A model generated the notes under the pieces. It was not told where the DNA came from. It saw only the letters and a list, made by a program, of their open reading frames with translations, and searched no databases. DNA of 63,512 nt, filler included, from Octopus bimaculoides (Eukaryota): NCBI RefSeq assembly GCF_001194135.2. It is 6 parts of 6 records of this genome, joined end to end, with 100 filler letters (N's around TTAATTAATTAA, not from the genome) between each part and the next. Parts side by side here need not be neighbours in the genome. Positions count along the whole stretch, not along the records: positions 1 to 21,362 come from NC_068991.1; 5 more parts are not named here. One strand, given 5' to 3'. Each line of letters starts with the position of its first letter. The first letter of the stretch is position 1. Of the stretch, positions 1 through 12,689 are shown one piece after another. Position numbers and translations under genes: made by a program.

Positions 1-520
1 GAAACCTCTGATTTCTCATCAAAACATGCATAAAATGCTGAACTGGTGTAGAGATCACAAGTGCTCCGACGAATCCAGTTTTTCTCTTTTCCCCACTGCA
101 GGGCGAGTTTATGTGTGGAGACAGCCCGGGGAAGCTTTTAATCTCGACTGCCTTCTTCGTACAGTGAAGCACAGAGGAGGGTCTGTGATGGTTTGGGCAG
201 TCATTTCTGGGAAATCGCTTGGTCCAATCATGGTAGGATCAACAGCAATGATTATCTGAATATTTTGGGAAATCAAGTCCTTCCCATTGTCTAGACATTA
301 TTCCCTGATGGTGAGTGCAGCTTCCAAGATGACAATACGCCAGTACACACCTCTCATGTGGCTAAGAATTGGAATGAAGAGCAAAGCAGTGAGCTACAAC
401 ACATGGAATGGCCCCCTCAATCTCCACTTCTTAATATTATTGAGCACCTGTGGTGCATCTTGTAGCGACAAGTTAGAAGTCGTTACCCTCCACCGTCGTG
501 TCTGCAACAGCTGGAGCATG
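1..520 (+). mobile_element. Tc1-family transposase remnant (DD36E spacing), frameshifted with stops
   Basis: SDESSF...GRVYVWR...TVKHRGGSVMVW (26-259). From 301: FPDGECSFQDDNTPVH...EWPPQSPLLNIIEHLW. Second D at 331-333, E at 442-444, 36 residues between. Confidence 0.9.
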
Positions 521-2464
521 CGCAGGGTTGGAACCTTCTGGAAGGCCTGCCGAAGGTCCCTGATGCGCATGCGCAGAAAACTAGCAGCAGCAGCAGAGTT
601 CACTTGCATCTCGGACTCGAGATGCAGCCGTGTTCTCAGCAGCTGACCGGTATTTGACCATCTCTGTGTAGCTGGAGTTCTGTGAAGAATGCCTTCACAA
701 AGTATGATTAACTCCGACTTTGCTGCTTCCACATCAGACCTGGCTACTGATTGTCCCAAGGTGTAAATTTTGTACATACAAAATAAAAGGATTGTTTTTT
801 ATGTTCGGATGTTTTCTTGTTCCGATATTTTTCCTCTAAAATTGATGTAATGAATTGTGTGGCACCGTTCCAGTGCGAACCAATTTATCCTCTTACAAAT
901 TAATCCAGGTTTAGTTACAGAACGATCAAGTTAGTAAAGTTTTAACAGTTTAGTAACAACATATTCTCTCCATACATTTTCATGAAAAATTCAATGAAAG
1001 AGAGTTTGCCACTCTCTCTAGAAGAGAAATTAATTTTGGTGGTGCGGAAAACCTTTGCTACATAATCACAACTGAAATGAAATTCGGAAATGTAACATTG
1101 CAAGAGGAAGTAACAATTTGTAATTATTACAACAATTTAAAAGATTTCCTTATATTTTTTTCTAGCAACTTTTTCTAGAACAAAATTTTGATTTTTCTTA
1201 AAGCTTTTGATGAAATATATCTCAAAAATGGATTGTCCGAGAATGAAAATAACCAAACGACTGTACAACCGAATCTTTTGTGCCGTACCTGTAGGACAAT
1301 AATTTACTTTCACAAAATAAGGAATGCATGTGCCATAATCAAATATCCCTACTTCCGTGCCAGCGTGCAGCAGATGGTGTTTTTGGTAGATGGCAAATTA
1401 AATTCCGATATAATCGTAATCTGCACTATCTGAAGGGTATTTGTAGAAAGCTTCATAGAAAAATATTCTTTTTTTCCGATCTTTTCTGTTTAGTTTTCAC
1501 TTTTTGAAATTTTAAGATTAAGGGAAAATTTTCATATTTTGTATATTGACGTAATTTTTCACGCTGAAGCTGATGTTGTTATTCACTTGTTCCAGAAATT
1601 TTTTGAAAAATGTTACAGAGGTTTCAAGTTTGATTATTTTTACCTAGCCAGAAAACAGGATTTGGAAGCTGGCATTTTCTGCGTGATAACTTTTATTCAA
1701 CAAAATGAAAGCAATATATTGCAATGACGAAAGTTGTAATAAGTTTTGAAGTTTTAACAAGTTTAAATGACTAAAGTCATGTGAAATGCTGGAACAAGCA
1801 ATATAAATAGGAAAAATTATCAATGAAATTTTTTTCGGCGAAAAATTACAAACTGTATGTTATACTACAGTAGTTCAGTTCATGTAAGCAATTAATAGCG
1901 AAAATTCAAAAGCGAAAGTTTGAGAGACACTAAAGTTAGGGTTAGATTTAAGGTTTAGGGTCAGTCTGACCAGTGGATAACTAGGGGTTAAATCAATTAG
2001 TAACATATTTTTAGTGAACATTTTTTCTAAAATTACGAATCAGCTTTGTTTCCTAGTAATTTTCGGGAAAATGAGATCTTTTCAGTTTGGCTTTCACTTT
2101 TCAATTCCTTTAATTTGATTTCAATTCAAATTTGGTGTATTGATGTAATTTTGTATGCTAATTATGGAACTGATATTTTTGCCATAAATTAATGAAGAAA
2201 AAGTAAATAGTTTTTAAAGTTTGCAAATTTGGGGGTAACTTTAGCCAGTCGTAAGCCACAGACACATTGGTGCCTATTTCCAAAGTAGTAAGCCAAGCTG
2301 TTATCTGCTTAAAGTTATTTTACCTATATTCTGAACTTTCGTATTTGATTTTTCGTTACAAAACTATGACCATACTAGTGCACCGCCAGTGCAATCACAA
2401 TTTCAGTTGCCATTGGAATCCCAACCTATTGGAATCCCAACCTATTGCAGTACATGGTCCTCAG

Positions 2465-3720
2465 ACAAGCCGGGGGATAGCTGGGAGTTTTGGAACAGTG
2501 CAGTGATGTCCAGTTCGAGGACTGTATAGCACTCGACACCGAAGTTTGGTGCCAGCCCCTTCAGGATCCTCCATGCGTATATCACGGTAAACCTCTTCCG
2601 TCTTCGTTCCAGTGAGTAGAGTCGTAGCTCTTTCAGTCTCTGCCAGTAGTTCAGCTGTTCCATTGGCGCAATCTTCCTGGTATTGCAGATTGTTTTCTCC
2701 AGCCCAATTATATATGGCATCTAGGTCTTTCTGTAGAAGATTAGCATCGGAAGGTTCCTTGACTGCTTGGCTACTTTTGTGTCGTCGGCATATCTGAAAG
2801 AGCCACCATAAACAGCAGTAGCCCTAATACAGTTCCCTGAGACACTCCACTCTCCATTACTGTCTGCTTGGATAGGACTCCACTGGCTGCCACAGCCTGT
2901 ATTCTGTCTTTTGAGGAGTCATGCAACCACTCTCCCAGTTTTCCGACTATAATGACTCTCCATAGCTTGTGACATATCACCCTATGATCAATCTTGTCAA
3001 AAGCCTTTGCAAAATCAAGATATCTCATATCCATGTTTGAGCGATTCATTAGTTGTTTCAACACCCAGTCATAATGCTGCAAAAGCTGTGTAAGGTAGCT
3101 TCTTCCTGAGCGGGATCCATGCTGGGTGTCAGGGAGCAAGTGACAAACATGAGAGAATGCGGCCCTCAAGCCATTTGACATTAGGGAGGTTGAAGTCCCT
3201 TAGAAAAAGTATGAGTAGATTGTCATCTAGGTAGCTTAAAACTTCTTCCTTCTTTTTGAGACTCTCTTCACGAGTCCCCATGATTTGGAACATCTGGTGG
3301 GTGATATGTGGTAATCTTACTATTTTCATCAGTTTAATATGTACCACCAGAGTGTCACAGACAGTAGGAACACTGGTGTAACATCTTCCCGGATGTACAT
3401 TGCAACTCCATGAGTCATTACTCTCCTGTCAGTTCGAAATGCAACACACTTTGGTATGTGTATCTCAACATCTGATATGTCAGCGTTCAGATGTGTTTCT
3501 GCTAGTCCCATGCATATTGCTTGATTATACATCACTAAGTCTCTCATGCATTGGATTTTGCGATGGTGGGACGTTACAAAGCCCTTGATATTAAGTAGGA
3601 ATACTGATGTGACATATAGGGTGTCGGTAGTGGCCACTAGTCTGATATGTGTAGTGAGGTCAGAGGTGGCCACGAGTATCCCATCCTTGCCGGGTAGTTC
3701 TCACAATAGAATGCCTAGGC
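2465..3720 (-). mobile_element. CR1/L2-group LINE remnant, internally deleted
   Basis: APE motif LAETHLN...FRTDRR..GVAMYIRED (3400-3600), RT motifs YLDFAKAFDKIDH and SGVSQGTVLGLLLF (2800-3050), C-terminal LNYWQRLKELRLYSLERRR (2560-2660), all within ~1.25 kb. Confidence 0.88.
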
Positions 3721-4605
3721 AGATTTTCGGAAGAGCACACACCATCCAATGGATTCTCTCAGTTTTGACGGAGATTAAATTTTTCTAGTGCGCCCTTGGA
3801 AATGAAGGGGGCAAGCTTCTTATAAAATAAGAAAACTTGTGAAAATTTATGAATTTTTCAAATCTCTTTCTCACACACAGTACTGATTTCGGCCTTTTTT
3901 TTTTTTTTTTTGCATTACGCACTTACAAACAATGGGAAAAACCTTGAAGGTTTAAAATTTTTTTTTAAAATTGGGAACTGGCGATCATCATCACAATTAA
4001 CACTTCCTTTATTTTCAAATAGAAAATGAAACGTAATTTAAAAACAATACTGAAATCGTTTTTAATCTTTTTTTTTTAACCCTGCCCCTCCATAAATCCT
4101 AAAATTTCGGCTTGTTTTTCCAATTTTTTTTTAAATCATAGTTTTAAAATACGGATAGTCCGAACTGCAATTTGTTTCTGTTCATAGTTTCAAAAAGATT
4201 TTCAGGCGAAACGGTGTTATTTAAGGAAGATTTAGCTGTTGTTTCTCGCGCATCCTACGACCACCTGCGACCTTACTCATTTATTTGTTACTCTGACATA
4301 TATTGATGTTTTTCAGTATTTTTCTGCCCATAAACACATTCTTTTCCAAAAGTCGAACACAAGGGAGATTATCACCCAAAAGCTGTTACCCAAGAGTTGC
4401 CCCTTTGATCTCTTGTTTTCTTTGTCAAATTCTTGTGTGACTTTATCGTGAATTCCCGTAATTTTTCGTGTTTTAATCCAAAATGAAAATGAACACCATT
4501 CCCCCATGTGATCGGCCTGAAAAATTTTAAGATATTTTCTTAACATGTAACCAATGATAGCCTTGATACACAAATAAAGTGTGTGTGTGTATACATACAT
4601 ACATA

Positions 4606-4797
4606 CATATGATGGGCTTCTACACAATTTTTGTTTACCATATCTTCTTACAAGACATTGGTCGGTCAGGGACTATTGGGTTCAGTCTCACTACGCAACA
4701 CCTTGAACAAATATGTTCTTCGAAGTGTTGCACAGTGAGACTGAACCCAAGCCCACTTGCTTGCAAAGCGAACTGTTTAGCCACATAACCATGCCAG
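4606..4797 (-). mobile_element. tRNA-derived SINE family A, partial copy
   Basis: Reverse complement aligns by eye to the head and body of the copy at 27616-28025. Confidence 0.75.
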
Positions 4798-4825
4798 CAC
4801 TTAATATTATTACCGCGCCGAATAA

Positions 4826-4950
4826 AATGTTTTGCGGTATTTTGTCCGTCTTTATATTCTGAGTTCAAATTCCGCCGAGGTCGACTTTCCCTATTATCCT
4901 TTCAGGATTGATAAAATATTACCAATTGAGTACTGGGATGGATATAATCG
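4826..4950 (+). mobile_element. tRNA-derived SINE family B, partial copy
   Basis: ttctgagttcaaattccgccgaggtcgactt B-box region shared with the other family B copies. Confidence 0.75.
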
Positions 4951-6494
4951 TGGTCTAAACATCATAAGGAATAATAACAGGATTGAAAATTATTTTATAA
5001 ATAATTTATTCATTAATTATTATATAGTAAAAAGAGACAAATAAAAATTAATAGCAAAACTGAATCGATGTTATTTTAATGACAAAATTGCCATCTTTTG
5101 TATTTAATATCAGGTGAAGTTGATTGCTTTAATAAGCATACCTACCCACAAATGTTCCCTCACCCGAATTAGTTTCCTGATAACTTTCAGAAAGATACAT
5201 ATTATTTTCTGCAATTTTCGACAACTAGCTTTCAGATGGTGTAAATTACAATTATATTGGAATTTTATGTGAAAAAAAAAAAGTTAATTGGTGGCCATGC
5301 ACAAATACAAACTAACACACAACATAATTTGTTCGAAATTACAAGGCTCATTTTCTAGATATATATGTGATATGTGTCGGTATGTATGTGTGCATGCCCA
5401 CCATGTTTTTTCACATTAAATTCCAATATAATCGTAATCTATACTATCTGAAAGGTATGCGAAGAAAATTTCATTTAAAAAATTACTTACTTTTCTTAAA
5501 GTTATGAAAAGACAAAGTCAACTCGTGTGAATTATTCTAAACTCCTCTCCCCACTCCATACGAAAAATAATTTCACCACAAATTTCGATATAATAGGAAT
5601 CTTCACCTTCTGAAGGATATTTGTAGATTTCATTTTAAAATTTCCGTTTTTCTGAAAGTTGTGAGGAAACAAAGTCGAAGTGGGGTACAGTTGTGTAGGT
5701 ATGTCGCGTTAATGCATCTTCACTCTCAATTCAATCCCTCTTTTTATGGCTTAATTTGCTGGTTAATATAGTATTTAATTTAGAAAAAAGTTCAATAGAG
5801 TGTTGTTTTAGAATACTGATTTTAAATTAGTAGATAAATAGATGAATTTGGTATACATTTTTTCTCTTTCCTAATCCTCGCTTCTTGAAACCTGGGCTCT
5901 GCTTGCCTTTTTTTTTTGTGGTTGAGTCAGTACCAAGTTAATAGTATACGACATAAAAACTTCTGAAATAGCATGAGTTTTTCAAACAATTAATCTCAGC
6001 CTTTTTTTTCTTTTTTTTATATTTACATTATATGTCAATCGGTGTATTTTTCAAATACTTCTTGTATCCTTTACTTAGATAGTTTTTAGATGGATTTTCA
6101 AAATGATTTGTGAATAATCTAAAGCAGTCATGGGTAAACTGCGGCCCACAGGACCTTCTGAATGGCACACCAACGAAAAATTACCTTGAATCTTTTAGTA
6201 GTGCAGCCCACCTAACTATGATCCATGTCTCATGTAGCTCGCTTCTCGAAAAAGGTTGCCCATACATGAAACTAAAGGGAATGAAGCAGAGCTAACGAAG
6301 CGCAAACGATGAGATTAAATGTCTAAAACAACACATAGCCACCATATCAATATCTCAACGAAAATATAAAGTGACCTACTTCCTTTTTTGCTATAGGTGA
6401 TATATTGTTTTTGTCATACTGAGTGATTTTAAAGTTCGCTGAAATAACAACAAAAATAGGTCAGCTTTGCAGACATTTAACAAACTCCTTCATC

Positions 6495-6705
6495 CTAATT
6501 CATATATCCTAGATTGTTTTCCCCTTTTGTAGTTTTACCATGTTTACTCTCCTTTCGTTCTTCTTCGACTTCACCGTGTTTCATTCCATTCTCATTATTG
6601 CTCTGTGAGGTACTTGGTGTGCCGTCTTTACATTCCATTTCCACTGAGTTGACAGTTACCTCATCTTGCTTTTTTTGCTCTTTCTTGATCACAAAATGAA
6701 GAGCT
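6495..6705 (-). CDS. SLC46-like: SLC46/PCFT-like MFS transporter, last coding exon
   Basis: Acceptor gtcttttcag|. Phase 2 matches the preceding exon. Encodes (L)ALHFVIKKEQ...GENNLGYMN and TAG at 6495-6497 (211 nt). Confidence 0.85.
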
Positions 6706-6972
6706 CTGAAAAGACATTGGAAGCTGTGCAGAATCATTCTAAAATTATACAAGTGTTCCTTAAGTATGCATTAGACTATGAAAGCATTTTAGGGAGTAAA
6801 AACAAGAGTTGTAATGTTTGTTTCCTTCCCAATAGCATTAACAGTTATCAATGACCTTTAGCAACTCCGTATTTCGTTATGCATCCATAGTACACTACAA
6901 AGTACATTAGATGCTTTTATAAGTCAATACTGTGTTCCGCTGTGTTAGTAGTGCTATTACATCACTTATTAA

Positions 6973-7342
6973 GGTTATTTCTACAGATTTTCTATAGAAA
7001 TTATAGCCAGCACTAATTTTGCTATGACGTTTCGTATCCGAGACACCTGATGTAAACAATAATGAGGTCAAAGATGAAAAATGGGTAACAGGTGTATATG
7101 CCATATTTCAGGAGTTTTTGCTCCTTCATCACCACCCATCCAACCCATTAACCCTCCACATGCTTAAATAACCACTAAATATAGCGGTGTAACGTTATTG
7201 GATATTCCACTTTTAATTATTAAGAACATTCCTGGAAGTTGGTTCGATTTCATAGTTGTTTACATAAGGCATCTCGGATACGAAACGTCGTAACAAAATC
7301 AGTGCTGGCTATAATTGCTATAGAAAACCTGTAGAGATAACC
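6973..7342. mobile_element. 370-bp non-autonomous DNA transposon with ~85-bp TIRs and TTAA target duplication (Kolobok-type ends)
   Basis: TTAA|GGTTATTTCTACAG...CTGTAGAGATAACC|TTAA. Arms ~6973-7059 and ~7257-7342 are near-complementary. Confidence 0.75.
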
Positions 7343-9030
7343 TTAACATTAACAATGTAGCGGAATCGAAACTCCGTTGAAGAGCTGGCTTGCTGGAGCT
7401 TACTTTTTCCCACTGAATAGTGACCACCTCTCTTTCTTACCACCCTCTCAATGTCTGCTACAATAAAGTTGGTGGTATTTTTCTCTCTCGAGATTAGTCG
7501 TTGGTCTTTTGCCACAAACACCTACATACTGTCTGGTATACATTCACCATAGTTAAATAGAAAAAAAGAGATACATTGAGTTGCGTTTGTCAAATCAATA
7601 GGATGAACTAGTATTCCTGACCAATACAAAACACTCGATGACCCAGTTCACCAATCTATAAATAAATATCATAGGATTGTATAGATCACCTTTGTAAGGA
7701 TGAGACACTATAAAAATAATTTATGTTCTGTTAATTTGCAGGGCTGAGCTCAATAACCCATGGATATAACAGATCAATAGGTTCAATAGAATCAATGTGT
7801 AGTGGCTTCATGCAGGCATGGCGTGGATTCGATCCTCGATCGCCAAATTTCACTTAACTCTTCAACAGCACTTTTCTCAAGGTAAAACAATAGATTTCTT
7901 GTGAGTGACAGCAGTTACATTTACCAGACGCCTTCGCTAAGCAGAATTATGTTTTTGCCACTTCACCCTTCTAACCTCTTTTATTTTACTACAAGTTAGA
8001 ATGGAGATAACAGACCTCCAACAAAATCCATTGTTCTCAACAATATGTCTCTTTTTCTTACTATCTTGCGATAGTTATAAATACAAGAATTTGGTAAGCC
8101 AAAATCAGCTAGCGAGAGCAACAGTTAGTGAACTGAGACAACTAGAGTCATAGCCACAAGTAGGCAACCACTAAAGACACGGCGAGAGGGAGAAAGAAGG
8201 TTACAATCAGTCAACTATGAAACACAACCGCCCTCGACTCTATAACTCTCACTAGCTCAATTTCTTTTCTCTTACATCATTCTATAACTATCTATGGTTT
8301 ACTACTACGAGAACGTGTACACATATACTGGACGAAAGTAACTCTTTTTACCTCGTATGCTTTTCCATTTACTAATTATACACACTAACCCATCGTGGTT
8401 TTGGATATATACAAAGTAACAGTAAATAAATATTTCTTTACAAATTCAATCACTGTTCTTCGTTCATCTTGCACATCTGCAACAGTAACACTTGTTACAA
8501 TCGCTAACTGCCAATAACCAACATATATCATAATACAAACCGTTACATTGGTGACTTCGGTTCCACCTTAACCATTACCATTACAAATGTCTTGTCATTG
8601 ATTCTAGAGGAATAGAACTTTTTAGAGATATATTTAAGAGCCAATGGTTTAGGGGACGCGCTGCTTCGCTAAAGACTCATCAAACGGTCTACAGGAAGTT
8701 TCAACTCAGTATATGAGCTATTACCCCAATTCTTTAAACACCCTGGAAAGATGAGACAGTACTTGCACTGAAAGGAGATGTTAAACTACTAGAAAATTGT
8801 GTTTGGGGAGCAGTTTCGTTTCAAAATTGAACTCACTTTTCGTAATACTTTTTCTTTCATTTTTATTGAAACACAATGTTTCTAAGTTTTTTTTTAAATT
8901 TTTATTTTCACATCTGAAATATGGCTCAAACAAAACAAAAGACCCATCTTCGACAACGCACATTACCTTTTTATTGATTTAATGGGGTGGATGTGAAAAA
9001 ACAACAATATAAAAACAATTAAATACTTAC

Positions 9031-9187
9031 AGTAAAAGTGATGCTGGAGCAACACAGCAGATGGCCACAACCACGAAGACAAATCCTTTCATCCAGAGTA
9101 AAGTGTGAGCATAAATAGAGTTTAACATCAAAGAACTGGTCATTCCACAAATAGCTTCTACTGTTCCAAGACCCGCAAAAACTGAAC
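9031..9187 (-). CDS. SLC46-like: SLC46/PCFT-like MFS transporter, penultimate coding exon (TM11-TM12)
   Basis: aaatgtacag| ... |gtaagt, 157 nt, phase 1 to phase 2. Encodes GSVFAGLGTVEAICGMTSSLMLNSIYAHTLLWMKGFVFVVVAICCVAPASLL, resembling the SLC46 signature GALF...NSLYPATL..MKGF.F. Confidence 0.92.
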
Positions 9188-9264
9188 CTGTACATTTGGG
9201 GGAAGGAGATAAAAATGGCAGAATAAATTACTAGAGGAATCAATGAATGAAAGAATAAATGTTT

Positions 9265-10345
9265 CTTATAAGGGCTCAAGGCCAGAAATTTGGTAGGGGA
9301 AAGAATTCAGTTGATTATATCTATCCCAGCATTCGTTTGGCAGATACTTTATCAATCCCGAAAGGAGGAAAAGTAAAATTGCCTTGGCAAAATTTGAACT
9401 AGGAACGTAAAAAGCCGGAACAAATGCCTCAAGGCATTTTTTCTCATGTTCTAACAATTCTGCCAGTTCACCACCCTTATGAAGAAATATAGGTTTTAAT
9501 TTAGGTCAGCAATTTTGAGGGGAGAGGGGGGAAATGGTCGATTACATCATCTCTAATGTATGATTGATGTTTTATTTCATTGATTCCAGAAGGATGACAG
9601 GCAAAGTTAACCTCAACTGGATTTGAGCACAGAAGGAATATATTAATGGTCTTAAAGTTTGACACAAGACCAGCAATTTTAGGGAGAGGAGAAGAGTTAG
9701 TCAATCACTTCGAATGTTCAGTTAGTACTCATTTTATTGACCTTTGTGCTCCCTCCGAAAAAATAAATGGCAAAGTCAACCTCAGCGGAATTTGAGCTCA
9801 GAACGTAAAGACGGACGAAATGCTGCCAAGTATTTTGTGTGGCATGCTAACAGCTCTGCCAGCTCACCACCTTAATTTGAAGGAATAAATAATCCTTTCT
9901 ACAACAGACACAAGGCCTGAAATTATTGGGGAGAAGTGATTTGATTACAGAGACCCCAGTGCTCAACTGGTACTTATTTTATCGACCCAAAAGGATGAAA
10001 GATAAATTTGACTTCGGTGTAAGTTTAACCCAGAACATAAGAGCGGATAAAATGCTGCTAAGCATTTTGTTCGGTATATCAACAATTCCGCCAGCTTGCC
10101 ACCTTCTTTGAAAGAATAAACAATTCTTTCTATTATAGCCACAAAACCTAAAATTTTAGAGAAGAGGGACAATTGATTACAACTACATAAGCACTCAACT
10201 TGTACATATATTTTAACGACCCCGAAAGGATAAAAGACAGAGTCGACCTAAGTAGAATATGAGCTCAGAACATAGAGACGGACAAAGTACTGCTAAGTAT
10301 TTTATCCGGCGTACTAACAGCTCTGCCAGCTCACTGACTTAATTT
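9265..10345 (-). mobile_element. Head-to-tail array of five SINE family B copies (one partial) inside the SLC46-like intron
   Basis: Units at about 9265-9480, 9500-9640, 9655-9875, 9888-10110 and 10122-10345. The four full units end on the plus strand in a ctgccagctcacc-like sequence (reverse of the A-box head). Confidence 0.85.
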
Positions 10346-11494
10346 GAAGGAATCTATAATACATTAAAAGTCAGCTTGACTCTTGCTTCCTTGCTTGCAA
10401 TGTTACCCAGTCAAACTGGCGCATAATGGGAAAATATGAATATGAAATAAGTTTCCTCTGAAATGTAAATATGAACGGTATAAAACAAACTTCGCGTAAT
10501 TTGGACAAGTGGTTGTGGAGATATTAGGAGTTTTCGAGGTATAAGTACCCAAAATGGTGCATAATGAGAAAATATTCCGAAAATAAAATATTCCTGAAAG
10601 GGAAGAAACTCTTACCTTTCAATTAGACTGACTTGACAACTAAAAATACGATTTATTTTCTACAGTAAATGTTTCTGTTTTTGCTTTTGTTAAACACAAT
10701 ATTTTAATCATTTAGAAATATTTGTAAGTGAATGTGATTTCAAAAATGTAAGTTGTTTGTACAGTACGTATTTATATTTTAGCTTTCTTGAAACAGACAA
10801 TATTTTAATGTTTTTTAAAATTATTTTCAAGTGAAAATCATTACAAAGATTTTTTGGCATATTTAAAAAATATTTTCAAGTGAAAATGACTTTAAAAATA
10901 CTGTAAATATTTTGTAAAAGGCCCGTTTGTAACCTCGGTGTGAAATAATTTTTTCCACAAGTTTTTTTTAGTGCATTCAACATATCTCACCTCCAAAGAT
11001 TTGGCTGCTATTTCTAGCACGCCCTGCTACCACGTAACAGCTATTTNNNNNNNNNNNNNNNNNNNNNNNNNNNNNNNNNNNNNNNNNNNNNNNNNNNNNN
11101 NNNNNNNNNNNNNNNNNNNNNNNNNNNNNNNNNNNNNNNNNNNNNNNNNNNNNNNNNNNNNNNNNNNNNNNNNNNNNNNNNNNNNNNNNNNNNNNNNNNN
11201 NNNNNNNNNNNNNNNNNNNNNNNNNNNNNNNNNNNNNNNNNNNNNNNNNNNNTTTTTTTACTCCTAAATCCAGTGGTTCTTAGTGTTGTTTCATTTGGTG
11301 GTGCTCTGGGTATTAAATAAAAATAAATAAATAATTATTGACCAATAATTGTTGTAATTGATGGCCATGGAAAGTTTTGAATTGTTTTAGAGTTAAGAAG
11401 CTTATACAATAAATAAAATAAAGCAGAAAATCTATTGCTTACCTTGTTTAATAAATCACAATTGTGTGTAAGACAATCTATAGTGATTTCAAAT

Positions 11495-11702
11495 TTTGGC
11501 ACAAAGCCAGCAATTTTGGGGAGAGGGGAAAGTCGATTACATTGATTCCCCAGTACTTAACCGGTACTTATTTTATTGACCCTGAAAGGATGAAAGGCAA
11601 AGTCGTCCTCAGTGGAACTTGAACTCAAAATGTAAAGACGGATGAAATGCCACCAAGCATTTTGTCCTGTATGCTAACGATTCTGCTAGATCGCTGCCTT
11701 CT
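11495..11702 (-). mobile_element. SINE family B copy
   Basis: Same unit as in the 9265-10345 array. Confidence 0.8.
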
Positions 11703-11922
11703 CGAGACATTGGATAACGTAGTCCATAGAATCCAACTCCGCAAAAAAAAATAAAAATAAAATGAAAAATAGATTTGAATTCTTTGGTCATAATTTTGAT
11801 CTATTAGGGCTACCTGAAGTTAACAACATCGAACATGTGCAGCAGGGAGTTGAGCATATAAGTGCCATGAAGAAGTAATGTTTACAGCTAGCAACAATTA
11901 GCAATGGGGTTTTAATTGATTA

Positions 11923-12000
11923 GAGCAGTGGTTCCCAACCTGGGGTCCACGGACCCCTGGTGGTCCACAAAGGTAGTACACAACGGGTCTGTGAACTAAA
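11923..12000. mobile_element. hAT-type MITE end fragment
   Basis: cagtggttcccaacctggggtcc, a typical hAT/Charlie-like terminus. Confidence 0.55.
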
Positions 12001-12006
12001 ATCAAA

Positions 12007-12050
<44 letters not shown>

Positions 12051-12605
12051 GGAGTAAGCACATAAATGTGAAACAAAGTGGAAAATAGAGTATTCAAATA
12101 CCAGAGGTAGAGTAATATGTTTTATTTTCATTGCTCACACTCAGGCAGAAAACTAGGTCAACCACTACAGAATTTGTACTCAGAACATACAAGAGATAGC
12201 TAAATACCATGACTTATCTTGCTAAGTGTTCTATGGTTTGTTCCACTCTAAAGATACACACTCGTTTCTAACATAGGCAAAAAGCCCTAAATTCAGAGGT
12301 TGTATAGTTGCTCCTAGTACTTAACAACTTCTTGTTTTTCAGTGGTGTTTCAACAATCTAATAGGTTTTGTTATTCACTATCACTCACCTATAAATCATA
12401 TTCCCAGTCACCTATAGACCAATATCATATATAATCTAAACCCCTTCAAGATTTGGTCTCAAAAGTTAAAGGGACATCACTAAATTCAGAAGCCATTTTG
12501 TTTAGTGCTTTACTGAATCTGGTATCCATCACCATTACAAAGAAAGCTGTTGAAAGGCTTCTTTGGCCATTTTCTTTTCTAATGGAAATAATTATCACTG
12601 TTTAC

Positions 12606-12689
12606 CTTGTTCTGTAGCATCTGAAAGTTGTGAAACGATTGTCCGTATCATCGCAAAAGACAGCAATCCAGGAGCACCAATTAATCCGG
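12606..12689 (-). CDS. SLC46-like: SLC46/PCFT-like MFS transporter, internal coding exon (TM10 and loop)
   Basis: tttttctcaaatttcag| ... aag|gtaaac, 84 nt, phase 1-1. Encodes GLIGAPGLLSFAMIRTIVSQLSDATEQ(G), matching the SLC46 IR..(L/M)SKL....EQG motif. Confidence 0.9.

Noticed and set aside
9265-10345. Repeat-spacer-like periodicity suggestive of CRISPR
   Set aside because: Eukaryotic context, ~220-bp diverged SINE units, no short identical repeats and no cas genes.
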